A program made the position numbers and the translations under genes. From an uncultured Gammaproteobacteria bacterium (GTDB taxonomy: Bacteria > Pseudomonadota > Gammaproteobacteria > Steroidobacterales > Steroidobacteraceae): 64,000 nucleotides of DNA. Below, piece after piece: positions 11,892-24,579 of the stretch (position 1 is the first letter of the stretch; every line of letters begins with the position of its first letter). The stretch spans positions 7,561-71,560 of the forward strand of contig CAWFVL010000012.1 in the NCBI GenBank assembly GCA_963819195.1, in the 5' to 3' direction. Under the pieces are notes generated by a model. The model saw nothing but the letters and a program-made list of their open reading frames with translations, was not told the DNA's origin and did not search any database.

Positions 11892-12053
11892 CGATCGAGG
11901 GCATAGCCCCGCGGGCAGGGAAGTGGAGCCGGGGATTCATGGTGCCTACGCGCTGGGATCTCGAGAGCTTTCGACCAAGGTAATTCTGACGTATGGATGG
12001 CAGCGTGCCATACCTGCATTCGGGCGTCATTTGGGCGAGGCTGGAGCGACCAT

Positions 12054-12965
12054 ATGAATGTCATCTTCTTTTCGCGCCGGAACGGCAAAGCCCGCCAGTT
12101 CAATCTATCGCACCCGATTACGCTCTCGGTGGTCAGCATCCTGGGCCTTGGCCTGCTGGCCAGCACCTTTGTGGCCGGACTGACCCTGGGCCAGCACAGC
12201 ATGGCGCGCATGGCGCTGTTGAGTCCGACCGCCGCGCTGCGCGCCGAGCAGCAGCAGATCGTCGCGCTGAAGGCGCAGGTACAGGATAAGGTGGATGCGC
12301 TGGCGATGCGCATCGGCACCATCGATGCCAACGTCATCCGTCTGAATGCGCTGGGCAAGCAGCTCACGCAGATGGCAAACATCAACAGCCGCGAGTTCGA
12401 CTTCGATCACGATCCCCCGCAGGGCGGCTCGGACTCGGACGGTGTCGGCCACGGGGCGCAGGTGGCCGATGTCTCGGCGATGATCGATTCGCTGAGCCAG
12501 CAGATCGACTCGCGCAGCGCGCAGTTCGCCTCGCTGGAAAACGTCATCCTGGGGCGGCAGCTCTCGGCGCAGGTCAAGCCCACCGGCCGCCCCGTCAGGG
12601 ACGGCTATATCTCCTCCTATTTCGGCGAGCGCATGGACCCGTTCAATGGCGAAGATGCCATGCACAAGGGCGTGGACTTTGCGGCCGATGCGGGCACCGA
12701 TGTGCTGGCCGTCGCCTCCGGGATCGTGACCTGGGCGGGGCCGCGCGAAGGGTATGGCAACCTGGTCGAGATCAATCACGGTAATGGTTACACCACGCGT
12801 TATGCCCACAACGCCCAGACCCTGGTGACTGTGGGCGAGACCGTCGAGCGCGGCCAGGCCGTGGCGGTGGTCGGCTCGACCGGTCGCTCCACCGGACCGC
12901 ACGTGCACTTCGAAGTGTTGCGTGATGGCACGCAGATCAATCCGATGGCCTTTGTGGGCCGCTGA
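12054..12965 (+). CDS. M23-family metallopeptidase (murein DD-endopeptidase-like)
   Basis: Preferred start ATG 12054 (MNVIFFSRRNG..., followed by a TM helix). C-terminal LytM/M23 motifs HKGVDF, INHGNGYTTRYAH, GPHVHFEV. Confidence 0.85.
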   Translation: MNVIFFSRRNGKARQFNLSHPITLSVVSILGLGLLASTFVAGLTLGQHSMARMALLSPTAALRAEQQQIVALKAQVQDKVDALAMRIGTIDANVIRLNALGKQLTQMANINSREFDFDHDPPQGGSDSDGVGHGAQVADVSAMIDSLSQQIDSRSAQFASLENVILGRQLSAQVKPTGRPVRDGYISSYFGERMDPFNGEDAMHKGVDFAADAGTDVLAVASGIVTWAGPREGYGNLVEINHGNGYTTRYAHNAQTLVTVGETVERGQAVAVVGSTGRSTGPHVHFEVLRDGTQINPMAFVGR

Positions 12966-13091
12966 ACCAGCCTCACTTCCGTCCGGCGCCAGAACGACTA
13001 CATCGGCGCGCTGTCTACCCTTACAATAGTCGGCCCGCGATCCGCGCGCTGCTCCTAAGCCGCTGATACGGCTCAATTTTTTTCCGAAGGA

Positions 13092-15919
<2,828 letters not shown>

Positions 15920-15923
<4 letters not shown>

Positions 15924-16378
15924 ACGGCGCGGCGGCCAATGAGCCGCTGCGGGTTGCCGCGGCGGTCCTGTTCGATGCGGCCGGCCAGGTACTGATCACG
16001 CAGCGGCCGGCCGGCAAGTTCATGGCGGGCTACTGGGAATTTCCAGGCGGCAAGCTCGACCCCTTCGAAGGGGCCGAGCAGGCGCTGGCCCGGGAGCTGC
16101 GCGAGGAACTGGGAATTGAATTGCGCCGCTGTCATCGGTTACTCGAGTTGCGGCATCATTACGCCGAGCGCGCAGTGCACCTTGAAGTGTTCGTCGTTGA
16201 TGAGTCTCACGGCGAACCCGCAGGACTGGAAGGCCAGGCGCTCAGGTGGGTGAGTGTGGCGGCGTTGGAGCAGGCGAACCTGCTGCCGGCGGACCGTCCG
16301 ATCGTTGAGGCTCTTATCGCCAATGAGGGAATCGGATATGGCGCAGGACACCGGACTGCCGGACATTCAGCTCGATAG
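15920..16378 (+). CDS. mutT: NUDIX hydrolase, MutT-like 8-oxo-dGTP diphosphatase
   Basis: 152 aa with Nudix box [24 protein letters not shown]. Conserved secA-mutT adjacency, overlapping the secA stop. Confidence 0.8.
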
Positions 16379-16733
16379 TGCCGGGCTGTATCGCGAGGAT
16401 ATTTTCACCGACCGCAAAGCCGGCACGATCCGCAGGCTCGTCCCGGTAACGGTCGACGGCGAGACGGACCCGAAGCGGACCGTGCTGTACTCGGGACAGA
16501 CGCAGCTGCTGACGCCAAACGGCGTCCTGCCCTTAGGGTTCGAGATCGAGGCCAGTTCCATGGCCGACGCCATCGCGAAATTTCCGGGCGCGGTCAAGGA
16601 AGCGCTGGAGCAGGCGATCGAAGAAGCCCGCGAGTTCCGGCGCGAGAGCGCTTCGCGCATCGTCGTGCCCGACGTGGCCGGCGGCATGGGCGGCGCCGGC
16701 GCGTTGCCCGGCGGCGGCAAGATCAAGCTCTGA
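16338..16733 (+). CDS. hypothetical protein (131 aa, Gly-rich C-terminus)
   Basis: ATG at 16338 preceded by GAGGGAATCGGAT. No family recognised. Overlaps the mutT 3' end by 41 nt and the convergent methyltransferase gene by 11 nt. Confidence 0.5.
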   Translation: MAQDTGLPDIQLDSAGLYREDIFTDRKAGTIRRLVPVTVDGETDPKRTVLYSGQTQLLTPNGVLPLGFEIEASSMADAIAKFPGAVKEALEQAIEEAREFRRESASRIVVPDVAGGMGGAGALPGGGKIKL

Positions 16734-18201
16734 CCGTCTGCAGCAGGCTGGGCGGCATCGTGGTCCGCTCCGCCGCGGCGCGCCGCCAGAATTCGGCGTT
16801 GCGGTGATCGGGTCCGGCGTTGGATAGAGAGGCAATCGATTCGATCGACGTGGTGCGCTTGGCCTGTAGCTGCTGTAACTGCCGTCGCCGCTCCATGCCG
16901 GCGCTGGCATACGGCGAGGCATGCAGCCAGTCCAGAAGATCCAGGCTCGTCGGGCCGGAGAAATAGCCCGAGAAGGCAGCGGAACTGATTGTCGCTTCGG
17001 CGGTGGCCGCCACCAACCAACGGCCCTTGTCGGAGGCCACGGCAACTGAGTCGTACTGCTGGGCCGGGGGCCAAGTTGGCTCTGCAGTCTCCAGACCGCC
17101 GTGTCCCGCCTCGTTGAGCAACACCCCGAGGATTTGCAGCGCTCGAGTGCGGCTGCCGGCATCGAGTGATACGCGCGCGAGCAGCGAGAGTACAGCCACG
17201 CTTGGCCCGATCCGGGATTCCGCGTCAAGCCGCTCGAGAGCCCACAGCAACGCACCGTAACGCCGCGCGGTGCTGACTCCGTCCTGACGCCACAGTGCAT
17301 AAGCATCCAGCGCTTGCATCAGAGTCGACGCGGAATCGATCCTGCCGACCCGCATGAGGGCGCCAAAGGGCTGGCGTTCGATACACGCGACTCCCGCCCC
17401 GGGCTCGCCTCCGGCTATCAACGGCGGTGCCGTCAGCAGCAATCCCCGCTGCTCGAGTTCCAGGGCGCGACTCTCTTTGCACGCGAACAGGTTGAGCTCG
17501 AAGCTGTCGAGCGCTTGCTCCACCACCGGCACGAGCAGGCTCGATGGACCGACCAGCCTGAACAGCCAGTAACCGGCCGCCCGAAAGCTGGCCAGCAATT
17601 CTGTGTTGACGACGCGGCCATGCTTCAATTCGAACATGACCAGCGGATTTTCGACTCGAAAAAACTCCTTACCCCCTGCCACGATGCGGGCTTCTTCGCC
17701 CTCGGCGTCAAGCTTTACGAAGTCGATGCCCTGGATCCCGTGACGGGCCGCGGCGCCATCGAGCGTATCGAGTCGAACGTCCTGGCTGGATTCCGCAGGT
17801 CCGTGCCCGAGACTGTTGTGTTCAGAGTCGGTGTTCATCGAAAGCTGTCCGCGTCCGGCATGGTCGGACAGAGCGCAATCATCGACCATGACCTGAGGCA
17901 TGCCATTGCTGGCCAAAGTGTGCCGCAGGAAAGAGAGTGTGTTGGGGGTGGGCTCAAATGCCCAAACGCGACCGTTGGGTCCGACCGCCTTACCGAGTCC
18001 GACGCTGTAAACACCGTAATTGGCGCCGATATCCAGCGCGCGCATTCCGGGCTGGAGGAACCTGCGTACGAATGCCAACTCCTTCTCGAACCAGTCCTCC
18101 TGCTCGAGCAACACGTAGGTACTGAGGTATCTCAACGCGGCCGGCGCGGTGACGACATCCCCGTCTGCAATCCGGATCGGCAGTCCCTGAAGTTCGGGCA
18201 T
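16723..18201 (-). CDS. FkbM-family SAM-dependent methyltransferase with about 260-aa uncharacterised C-terminal domain
   Basis: 492 aa. The N-terminal roughly 230 aa carries the SAM motif ALDIGANYGVYS and FkbM-like ...VWAFEPTPNT...IDFVKLDAEGEE. The C-terminal half is Ala/Leu-rich with no motif I recognise. Confidence 0.75.
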   Translation of the reverse strand: MPELQGLPIRIADGDVVTAPAALRYLSTYVLLEQEDWFEKELAFVRRFLQPGMRALDIGANYGVYSVGLGKAVGPNGRVWAFEPTPNTLSFLRHTLASNGMPQVMVDDCALSDHAGRGQLSMNTDSEHNSLGHGPAESSQDVRLDTLDGAAARHGIQGIDFVKLDAEGEEARIVAGGKEFFRVENPLVMFELKHGRVVNTELLASFRAAGYWLFRLVGPSSLLVPVVEQALDSFELNLFACKESRALELEQRGLLLTAPPLIAGGEPGAGVACIERQPFGALMRVGRIDSASTLMQALDAYALWRQDGVSTARRYGALLWALERLDAESRIGPSVAVLSLLARVSLDAGSRTRALQILGVLLNEAGHGGLETAEPTWPPAQQYDSVAVASDKGRWLVAATAEATISSAAFSGYFSGPTSLDLLDWLHASPYASAGMERRRQLQQLQAKRTTSIESIASLSNAGPDHRNAEFWRRAAAERTTMPPSLLQTVRA

Positions 18202-18225
18202 TCATTAGTCCAATTGATTGAGAGC

Positions 18226-18423
18226 TTAATTCTCGCCGGATGCGTCGCCGTGCGCGATGTCATCACCGACGCCTGCGTCCGTGTCCGGAATGGCGTGCTT
18301 CTCGCTGAGCCAGGCGCCCAGATCGATCAAGCGGCAGCGATCGCTGCAAAACGGCCGATACGGGAACTCCTCCGACCAGGCGATCTCGCGCTTGCAGGTC
18401 GGGCAGCGCACACGTGCGGGCAT
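18226..18423 (-). CDS. yacG: DNA gyrase inhibitor YacG (zinc finger)
   Basis: 65 aa with CPTC...[14 protein letters not shown], characteristic of YacG. Conserved zapD-yacG adjacency. Confidence 0.85.
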   Translation of the reverse strand: MPARVRCPTCKREIAWSEEFPYRPFCSDRCRLIDLGAWLSEKHAIPDTDAGVGDDIAHGDASGEN

Positions 18424-18427
18424 GGGC

Positions 18428-19225
18428 TCAGGTGCAGCAAATCAGCGTGAAGGGCACATCCGCTTCGTACTGCGTCGAGCGCTGTTCGATGCCGTGCCAT
18501 TCCAGAAATCGCATGTTGCAGCGGTAATGGCTGCCGCTGATCTCGGGAAACAGCGCGAACTCAGCCGGCAGGCTGATGCGCAGCAGCTGATAGGGAGTTT
18601 CGCGATCGAAGGTGATGTTGAAGACGCCGCCGACAGCGTTTTCTTCGCTCGGGCGCCCGTTCTGTCGCGTCAGCCAGAGAAGCTCGGCCACCGCGTCGCA
18701 CAGCGGCCGCAGCAGCGTCAGCCAGCGGCCGAAGGCCTCGATGCGGCTTTCGGCCGGCTGATTGAGCCAGAAAAAGTAATCCGGCAGGTCGAACTCGCAG
18801 GTGCCGCCCGGGATGGCGCTGCGGTGCTTGATGGCCGCCAGGAAGGCAGAGTCCTTGAGCGGCGCGAGCCAGGAGCCGCCAACGCCGGCGAGCTCGGTGC
18901 GCAACCGCACCAGATTGCTCATTAGCGTGCGCAGTCGCGCCGTGTCGATGCCGGCACGATTCTGAAATTCGTTCAAAAGCGCCAGGTGCCGCTCGATCTC
19001 CTTGAGCACGTCGGTGCGCATGTCGCCGCGGGTCAGGATGGACAGGATGTCGAGCAGGCTGTCCACGGCGGCCCGGCTGCCCCAGGGGGTGCCCTTCTCA
19101 TTGTGGTAGAGCGCCTGGGTATAGAGGAAATCCAGGCGCAGGAAGGTGCGCATGCGCTCGTTAAGCGGCTGCTCGAACATCGAGGCCTCGGCGGCGGCCT
19201 CGGGGCTGGTGGCTGGCTCGGCCAT
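18428..19225 (-). CDS. zapD: cell division protein ZapD
   Basis: 265 aa. [19 protein letters not shown] and the overall layout resemble ZapD (YacF). Conserved coaE-zapD-yacG order. An alternative start at Met16 (19180) is possible. Confidence 0.8.
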   Translation of the reverse strand: MAEPATSPEAAAEASMFEQPLNERMRTFLRLDFLYTQALYHNEKGTPWGSRAAVDSLLDILSILTRGDMRTDVLKEIERHLALLNEFQNRAGIDTARLRTLMSNLVRLRTELAGVGGSWLAPLKDSAFLAAIKHRSAIPGGTCEFDLPDYFFWLNQPAESRIEAFGRWLTLLRPLCDAVAELLWLTRQNGRPSEENAVGGVFNITFDRETPYQLLRISLPAEFALFPEISGSHYRCNMRFLEWHGIEQRSTQYEADVPFTLICCT

Positions 19226-19270
19226 CCGGCTATTGTGCTTGAGCCCCGACTCGCCCGTAAACGTCCCGAC

Positions 19271-19888
19271 TCAAATTGCTGCGCTCGCCCGCAGCGCCAG
19301 GTAGTGCGCGTGCAGGGCCGCGACGCGGGGGCCCAAGGCATCCAGCGCACTGTCATTGAGGATGACATCGTCGGCGATCGCGAGACGCGCGGCCCTGCTC
19401 GCCTGCGAGTTGATAATCGCGCGTGCGTCCGACTCGGACATTCCAGGGCGCGCCAGTAGTCGCGTCATTTGCAGGCTTTCCGGGCTATCGACCACGAGAA
19501 TGCGATCGTAACGATCCTGCGCATGGGTCTCCACCAACAGGGGCACCACGTGTAATTGATAGGCTCCCCTGGCCTGTGCCGCGAGCTGCTCGGTGCGCGC
19601 GCGTATGGCGGGGTGCAGCAGCGATTCGAGCTCACGCCGAAGGCGGTCATCGCTGAACACGAGCCGCCGCAGGGCCGGGCGGTCGAGGCTGCCATCCTCG
19701 GCGCGAATGCCGGGCCCGAAGCGCTCGAACAGGGTGTTCAGCAGCGCAGTGCCCGGAGCAATCACTTCGCGCGCGATGATGTCCGCATCGAGCACGGGTA
19801 CACCAAGATCCTCGAACAGATGCGAGACCGTGCTCTTACCGCTCGCAACACCGCCGGTAAGCCCCACGCGCGCCGGTGCGGGGCTCAT
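19271..19888 (-). CDS. coaE: dephospho-CoA kinase
   Basis: Start ATG at 19888 forms an ATGA overlap with the pilD stop. P-loop GLTGGVASGKST. The 340-aa track ORF is an upstream extension into pilD. Confidence 0.9.
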   Translation of the reverse strand: MSPAPARVGLTGGVASGKSTVSHLFEDLGVPVLDADIIAREVIAPGTALLNTLFERFGPGIRAEDGSLDRPALRRLVFSDDRLRRELESLLHPAIRARTEQLAAQARGAYQLHVVPLLVETHAQDRYDRILVVDSPESLQMTRLLARPGMSESDARAIINSQASRAARLAIADDVILNDSALDALGPRVAALHAHYLALRASAAI

Positions 19889-20782
19889 TGTCCGGGAGCG
19901 CCGTAAAGAGCCAGATAGCGCTGAACCATCTGCGGGCCCCACATCATCGCGAACCATCCGGCCGCTGCCAGGAACGGCCCGAACGGAATCGGCGTGCCGC
20001 GCTCGTGACGACGCCCCACGATCAAAGCCACGCCCACCAGGGCGCCGACGATGGCCGATAGCAGCACGATGGGCAGCAGCATGCGCCAGCCCAGCCACGC
20101 ACCGAAGGCAGCCAGCAACTTGAAGTCGCCGTAGCCCATGCCTTCCTTGCGCGTCAGCAGCCGAAAAGCGTGGTACACGGCCCATAGCGACAGATATCCG
20201 AGTGCCGCGCCCCCGATGGCGCTCACCGGATCCACCGGCAGGGTGCTCGATGCCGACCCCCAGCCAGTGAGGCTCGCAAGCAGTCCGAGCCACAACAGCG
20301 GCATCGTCAGCGAGTCAGGCAGCAATTGATGGTCCAGATCGATAAAAGTCAGTGCGATCAGAAACCAGGTGATGACGATGGCACAGGCCGCCGGCGCGCC
20401 ATATCCAAAGCGCCAGGCGACCAGGGCACTGAGCACGCCGCACAGGATCTCGACCAGCGGATAGCGGACACTGATGGGCGCGCGGCACCGTGCGCAGCGC
20501 CCGCGCAGTGCGAGATAGCTCAGTACGGGAATGTTCTGCAAAGCACCGATCGGCGCACTTGCAGGAGGGACAGGTCGAGCGCGGAACGATTAGATCGAAG
20601 CGCGCGGCAGGCGTCGCTGCGGCTTCGGCGCCATTGAGCGCGCCGCACTCGGCGCGCCATTGCCGATCCAACATGACCGGTAGTCGGTAAATGACGACGT
20701 TGAGAAAGCTGCCGACAACCAATCCGACCACCAGCGCCGTCGTGATCAGCGCGGCCGGCGATTGGGCCAGAAGATCCAGCAC
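19885..20782 (-). pseudogene. pilD: prepilin peptidase / N-methyltransferase PilD, interrupted by a +1 frameshift
   Basis: Two ORFs in different frames. ORF 20315..20782 carries the N-terminal part (GSFLNVVIYRLP, CPSC). ORF 19885..20541 carries the remainder (NIPVLSYLALRGRCARC, GMGYGDFKL, IPFGPFL). The total span is 898 nt = 3n+1. The frame switch lies within about 20552-20560. Confidence 0.85.
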
Positions 20783-20800
20783 GCGATCAGCGGTTCCCGA

Positions 20801-22033
20801 TCAGACGACCGAGCCAAGCTTGAAGATGGGCAGATACATGGCGATCACGAGGCCACCGACCAGCACGCCCAGGATCAACATGATCAGCGGCTCGAGCAGG
20901 CTCGACATGCTGTCGACGGCGGCGTCGACGTCTTCCTCGTAAAAGGTCGCGACTTTGCCCGCCATGGCGTCGAGCGAGCCAGACTCCTCGCCTACCGCGA
21001 TCATCTGCACGACCATGTTGGGGAATATGCCGGTGTTCTCCATGGCACGCTGCAACCGCTGACCGGTCGCGACCTCGTCGCGCATTTTGAGAACGGCATC
21101 CTCGAAGACGATGTTGCCGCACGCGCCGGCGACCGATTCCAGCGCTTCGACCAACGGCACGCCGGCCGCAAACATAGTCGAGAGCGTCCGCGCATAGCGC
21201 GCGATGGCAGCCTTGTTGAGAATGGGTCCGATGATCGGCATCTTGAGCGACATTCGATCGAGGAAATGCCGCATCTTCCGCGAGCGCTTCTTGAAGTAGA
21301 AAAACACCCAGAAGGCCGCTGCCACGACGATGGCGATGAACACGCCCTCGCTCTGCACGAATCTGGACAGAGTGATGACCATCTGCGTGAAGGCCGGCAA
21401 ATCGGCGCCAAACCCCTTGAACAGTTCTTCGAACTGCGGGATCACGAACACCAGCAGGATGACCGTCACGATAACCGCAACGACGAGCACGGCAGCTGGG
21501 TAAAACAGCGCCTTTTTTACCTTCTTCTTGACCGCCTCGCTCTTTTCCTTGTAGGTGGCGACCTTGTCGAGCAGCCCCTCGAGCGCACCGGCCTGCTCGC
21601 CAGCCTCAACCAGGTTCACAAACAGGTCATCGAAGTAAAGTGGATGTTTTGCCAGCGCCTCGTGCAGCGAAGTGCCCCCTTCGACATCGGACTTGATGTC
21701 CAGTACCAGCTTCTGCATCGCCGGCTTTTCATGTCCCGCGCCAATGATTTCGAAAGCCTGAACCAATGGAATGCCGGCCCCGAGCATGGTTGCCAGCTGG
21801 CGGCTGAAGATCGCAATGTCCTCGGGCTTGACCCGGCCGGCGGACTTGAAAGCCTGTGACTGCTTGCGGATGCGCGTGGCGACCACGCCCTGCCGGCGAA
21901 GCTCGTTTTTGAGCGACTGTTCGCTCGCGGCGACGCTACGGCCCTTGATGCGCTGACCCTTCTTGTCCATGCCCTCCCATTGGTAGGCCACGTCCTTACG
22001 GATCGAACGAATCGCACTGGTTGCTTGCGCCAT
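20801..22033 (-). CDS. pilC: type IV pilus inner-membrane platform protein PilC
   Basis: 410 aa, a duplicated GspF/PilC-type domain protein with three TM segments. Lies between pilB and pilD. Confidence 0.93.
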   Translation of the reverse strand: MAQATSAIRSIRKDVAYQWEGMDKKGQRIKGRSVAASEQSLKNELRRQGVVATRIRKQSQAFKSAGRVKPEDIAIFSRQLATMLGAGIPLVQAFEIIGAGHEKPAMQKLVLDIKSDVEGGTSLHEALAKHPLYFDDLFVNLVEAGEQAGALEGLLDKVATYKEKSEAVKKKVKKALFYPAAVLVVAVIVTVILLVFVIPQFEELFKGFGADLPAFTQMVITLSRFVQSEGVFIAIVVAAAFWVFFYFKKRSRKMRHFLDRMSLKMPIIGPILNKAAIARYARTLSTMFAAGVPLVEALESVAGACGNIVFEDAVLKMRDEVATGQRLQRAMENTGIFPNMVVQMIAVGEESGSLDAMAGKVATFYEEDVDAAVDSMSSLLEPLIMLILGVLVGGLVIAMYLPIFKLGSVV

Positions 22034-22055
22034 GACTACTTCCCTGCCGGTGACA

Positions 22056-23798
22056 TCATTCGATCGTCACACTGTTAACTTCTTCGAGACTGGTAAGACC
22101 GTTCCTGACTTTCTCCAGACCCGCGCGGCGCAGGTCCCAGACGCCATCTTTTATGGCCTGCGCGGCGATGTCCATGGCGTTGCCGCCCGCCATGATGATA
22201 TGGCTGATCCCGTCGTTGACTTCCATGACCTGGTAGATGCCGACGCGCCCCTTGTAGCCGTCGGTGCAGCTGCCGCAGCCCTTGGGTCCATAGATCTTGA
22301 TGCCATTGAGGATGTCGGCGTCCTGGAACCCTTCTTTTTTCAGGGCTTCGGCCGGTACGTCCAGCGGCTGCTTGCACTGCTGGCAGAGCCGACGCGCCAG
22401 ACGTTGCGCGATCACCAGGCTTACGGAAGTGGCGATCGCGTACGGCTTGACGCCCATATCGACCATGCGCGTCAGGGTCTGCGGGGCATCATTCGTGTGC
22501 AGGGTGGATAGCACAAGGTGGCCGGTCTGGGCCGCCTTAATGGCGATTTCGGCCGTCTCGAGATCGCGAATTTCGCCGACCATGATGACGTCTGGATCCT
22601 GTCGCAGGAAGGCGCGCAGCGCCGAGGCGAAAGTGAGGCCGACCTTGTTGTTGACGTTGACCTGGTTGACGCCGGGCAGATTGATTTCGGCCGGGTCTTC
22701 CGCAGTGGAAATATTGGTGTCTTCGCGGTTGAGAATGTTGAGACCCGTATAGAGCGAGACGGTCTTGCCGCTGCCGGTTGGTCCGGTGACCAGAATCATG
22801 CCCTGGGGTTTCGCCAGGTGCTTCATGTACAGGTCTTTCTGAAAGCCCTCGTAACCCAGCGCATCGATGCCGAGCATCGCCTGCGAAGGGTCGAGAATAC
22901 GCAGCACGATCTTCTCGCCGTAAAGCGTCGGGCAGCTGCTGACGCGGAAGTCGATGGCGCGGGTCTTGGACAAGCGCATCTTGATGCGGCCGTCCTGCGG
23001 CACGCGTCGCTCGGCAATATCCAGGCGGGACATCACCTTCAAACGGGCGGCAATTTTCCCGGTCAGCTGCACGGGCGGCTGCGCAACTTCACGCAGTACA
23101 CCATCCATGCGCAGTCGCACGCGGAAAGTCTTCTCATAAGGCTCGAAGTGGATATCCGAGGCGCCGCGGCGGATGGCATCCAGCAGCACTTTGTTGACGA
23201 AGCGCACGATCGGCGCGTCTTCGACATCGTCGCGCCCTACCTCTCCGCCGGACTCGTCGTCGCCGCCAGAGACTTCCAGCGATTCCAGGTCCACACCTTC
23301 CTCGTCGCTGAGGTTGGGCATGGCGGTGTCGACCTGCTCGACGGCCTTGTCGAGCAGTTTCTGCAGCTTGTCGTCCTCGACGACGATGGCTTCGACGCCC
23401 AGGCCGCACTGGAACTTGATCTCATCGATAGCGTGCAGGTTGGTCGGATCGGCCACTCCAAGGAACAGCCGCTTGCCACGCTTGAACAGCGGCAGCACGC
23501 GATGTTTCGCGAGCAGTTTGTCCGAGACCGAGCGGACGGCTTCCAGATCCAGGATCAGGGAATTGAGGTCGAAGAGAGGAACGCCGTACTCGGCGGCGGC
23601 GGCGATTGCGATGTCGCGCGCCTTGGCCGTGCCATTGAGTACCAGCTGGGTCACGAAGCTGGTCTTGCGCTCGGTTGCCGCCTGCAGTGCAGCATGCATG
23701 CCGGCTTCGTCGACCACGCCGTCCGCAACCAGCCGCTGGGGCAGGCCCCCAAGGTGGGACCTCGACGGACTGATTGCCAAAGAGGCGTTATCGTTCAT
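22056..23798 (-). CDS. pilB: type IV pilus assembly ATPase PilB
   Basis: 580 aa, GspE-family, with Walker A GPTGSGKT and tetracysteine motif (CQQC...CGSC). N-terminal GSPII-like domain. Confidence 0.95.
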   Translation of the reverse strand: MNDNASLAISPSRSHLGGLPQRLVADGVVDEAGMHAALQAATERKTSFVTQLVLNGTAKARDIAIAAAAEYGVPLFDLNSLILDLEAVRSVSDKLLAKHRVLPLFKRGKRLFLGVADPTNLHAIDEIKFQCGLGVEAIVVEDDKLQKLLDKAVEQVDTAMPNLSDEEGVDLESLEVSGGDDESGGEVGRDDVEDAPIVRFVNKVLLDAIRRGASDIHFEPYEKTFRVRLRMDGVLREVAQPPVQLTGKIAARLKVMSRLDIAERRVPQDGRIKMRLSKTRAIDFRVSSCPTLYGEKIVLRILDPSQAMLGIDALGYEGFQKDLYMKHLAKPQGMILVTGPTGSGKTVSLYTGLNILNREDTNISTAEDPAEINLPGVNQVNVNNKVGLTFASALRAFLRQDPDVIMVGEIRDLETAEIAIKAAQTGHLVLSTLHTNDAPQTLTRMVDMGVKPYAIATSVSLVIAQRLARRLCQQCKQPLDVPAEALKKEGFQDADILNGIKIYGPKGCGSCTDGYKGRVGIYQVMEVNDGISHIIMAGGNAMDIAAQAIKDGVWDLRRAGLEKVRNGLTSLEEVNSVTIE

Positions 23799-23920
23799 GC
23801 ACTTAGCGCATCACTCAGGCTGTGAAGGAACCGGCCTAGTCTACATAAGTAGGCTGGTCGATCAATGTCAATATCCACCGGATGTTTGCATATCACCCGT
23901 GGTCGCTGCGTGATTGGGTT

Positions 23921-23952
23921 CCCAAAAGAGGAAGCCCCTCCATAGAGGGGCT
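23921..23952 (-). terminator. rho-independent terminator downstream of pilA
   Basis: On the minus strand: AGCCCCTC-TATG-GAGGGGCT (8-bp GC-rich stem) followed by TCCTCTTTTGGG, 33 nt after the pilA stop. Confidence 0.6.
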
Positions 23953-23985
23953 CCCTGTGGTCAGATCGAATTGATCTCGATCAGA

Positions 23986-24489
23986 TTAGGCGTGGCAGGA
24001 AGTCGGCAGATACGCGGCCGATATGTTCGTACCCGTCGTGACACCCGCCAGAGTGACGTTCGTCGGAGTAGCGGCCGAGCCGCAGACCCAAATGACGTCG
24101 TTGTTGGTGTCGGTGCCCGGCACAAAGGTCAGGATCGACGTGTTGGGCAGCTTCGCGCTGGCCTGGGAGCCGCCGTAGGTAACCTGGATCACGCCAGTAC
24201 CGGTAATGGCAACAGCGGACACGTACTTGCCCACTGAGTTACCGCTGACCGATACCTTGCCGGTGGCGCCAGCAGCCGCAGTGGTCGAACCCGTCGGGAA
24301 CGAGCCATTCTGCGCGTAGTACTCCGAAATGGCCGTTTTCCAGCCCGCGGCCATCGAAATGCCTTCCGTGACCTGCGAGCGAATCGTGTAGTTCTGATAG
24401 GCCGGGATAGCGATCGCGGCAAGAATGCCGATAATCGCGATCACGATCATCAGTTCGATGAGGGTGAAACCCTTTTGGATCGTCTTCAT
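23986..24489 (-). CDS. pilA: type IVa major pilin
   Basis: 167 aa with class III leader MKTIQKG|[25 protein letters not shown] and a C-terminal Cys...Cys disulfide loop (VCGS...TSCHA). Confidence 0.9.
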   Translation of the reverse strand: MKTIQKGFTLIELMIVIAIIGILAAIAIPAYQNYTIRSQVTEGISMAAGWKTAISEYYAQNGSFPTGSTTAAAGATGKVSVSGNSVGKYVSAVAITGTGVIQVTYGGSQASAKLPNTSILTFVPGTDTNNDVIWVCGSAATPTNVTLAGVTTGTNISAAYLPTSCHA

Positions 24490-24550
24490 AAAGTGCTTAG
24501 ACTCCGGTTATTGATGGGCTGCGGCCAAGCAGCCGCTGACATCGGGATAA

Positions 24551-24565
24551 GCAACGATTGTGCCA
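24551..24565 (-). promoter_or_regulatory. sigma54 (-24/-12) promoter of pilA
   Basis: The minus strand reads TGGCAC-AATCG-TTGCT, a perfect match to TGGCAC-N5-TTGCW, about 60 nt upstream of the pilA ATG. PilR, a sigma54 activator, is encoded immediately upstream. Confidence 0.8.
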
Positions 24566-24579
24566 ATCCTTGTGCCCTC

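Noticed and set aside
13058-13083. Hairpin AGCCG-ctgata-CGGCT followed by CAATTTTTTT just upstream of secA, a possible terminator or attenuator.
   Set aside because: The stem is only 5 bp, too weak to call an intrinsic terminator with confidence. The T-run may simply be part of the secA leader.
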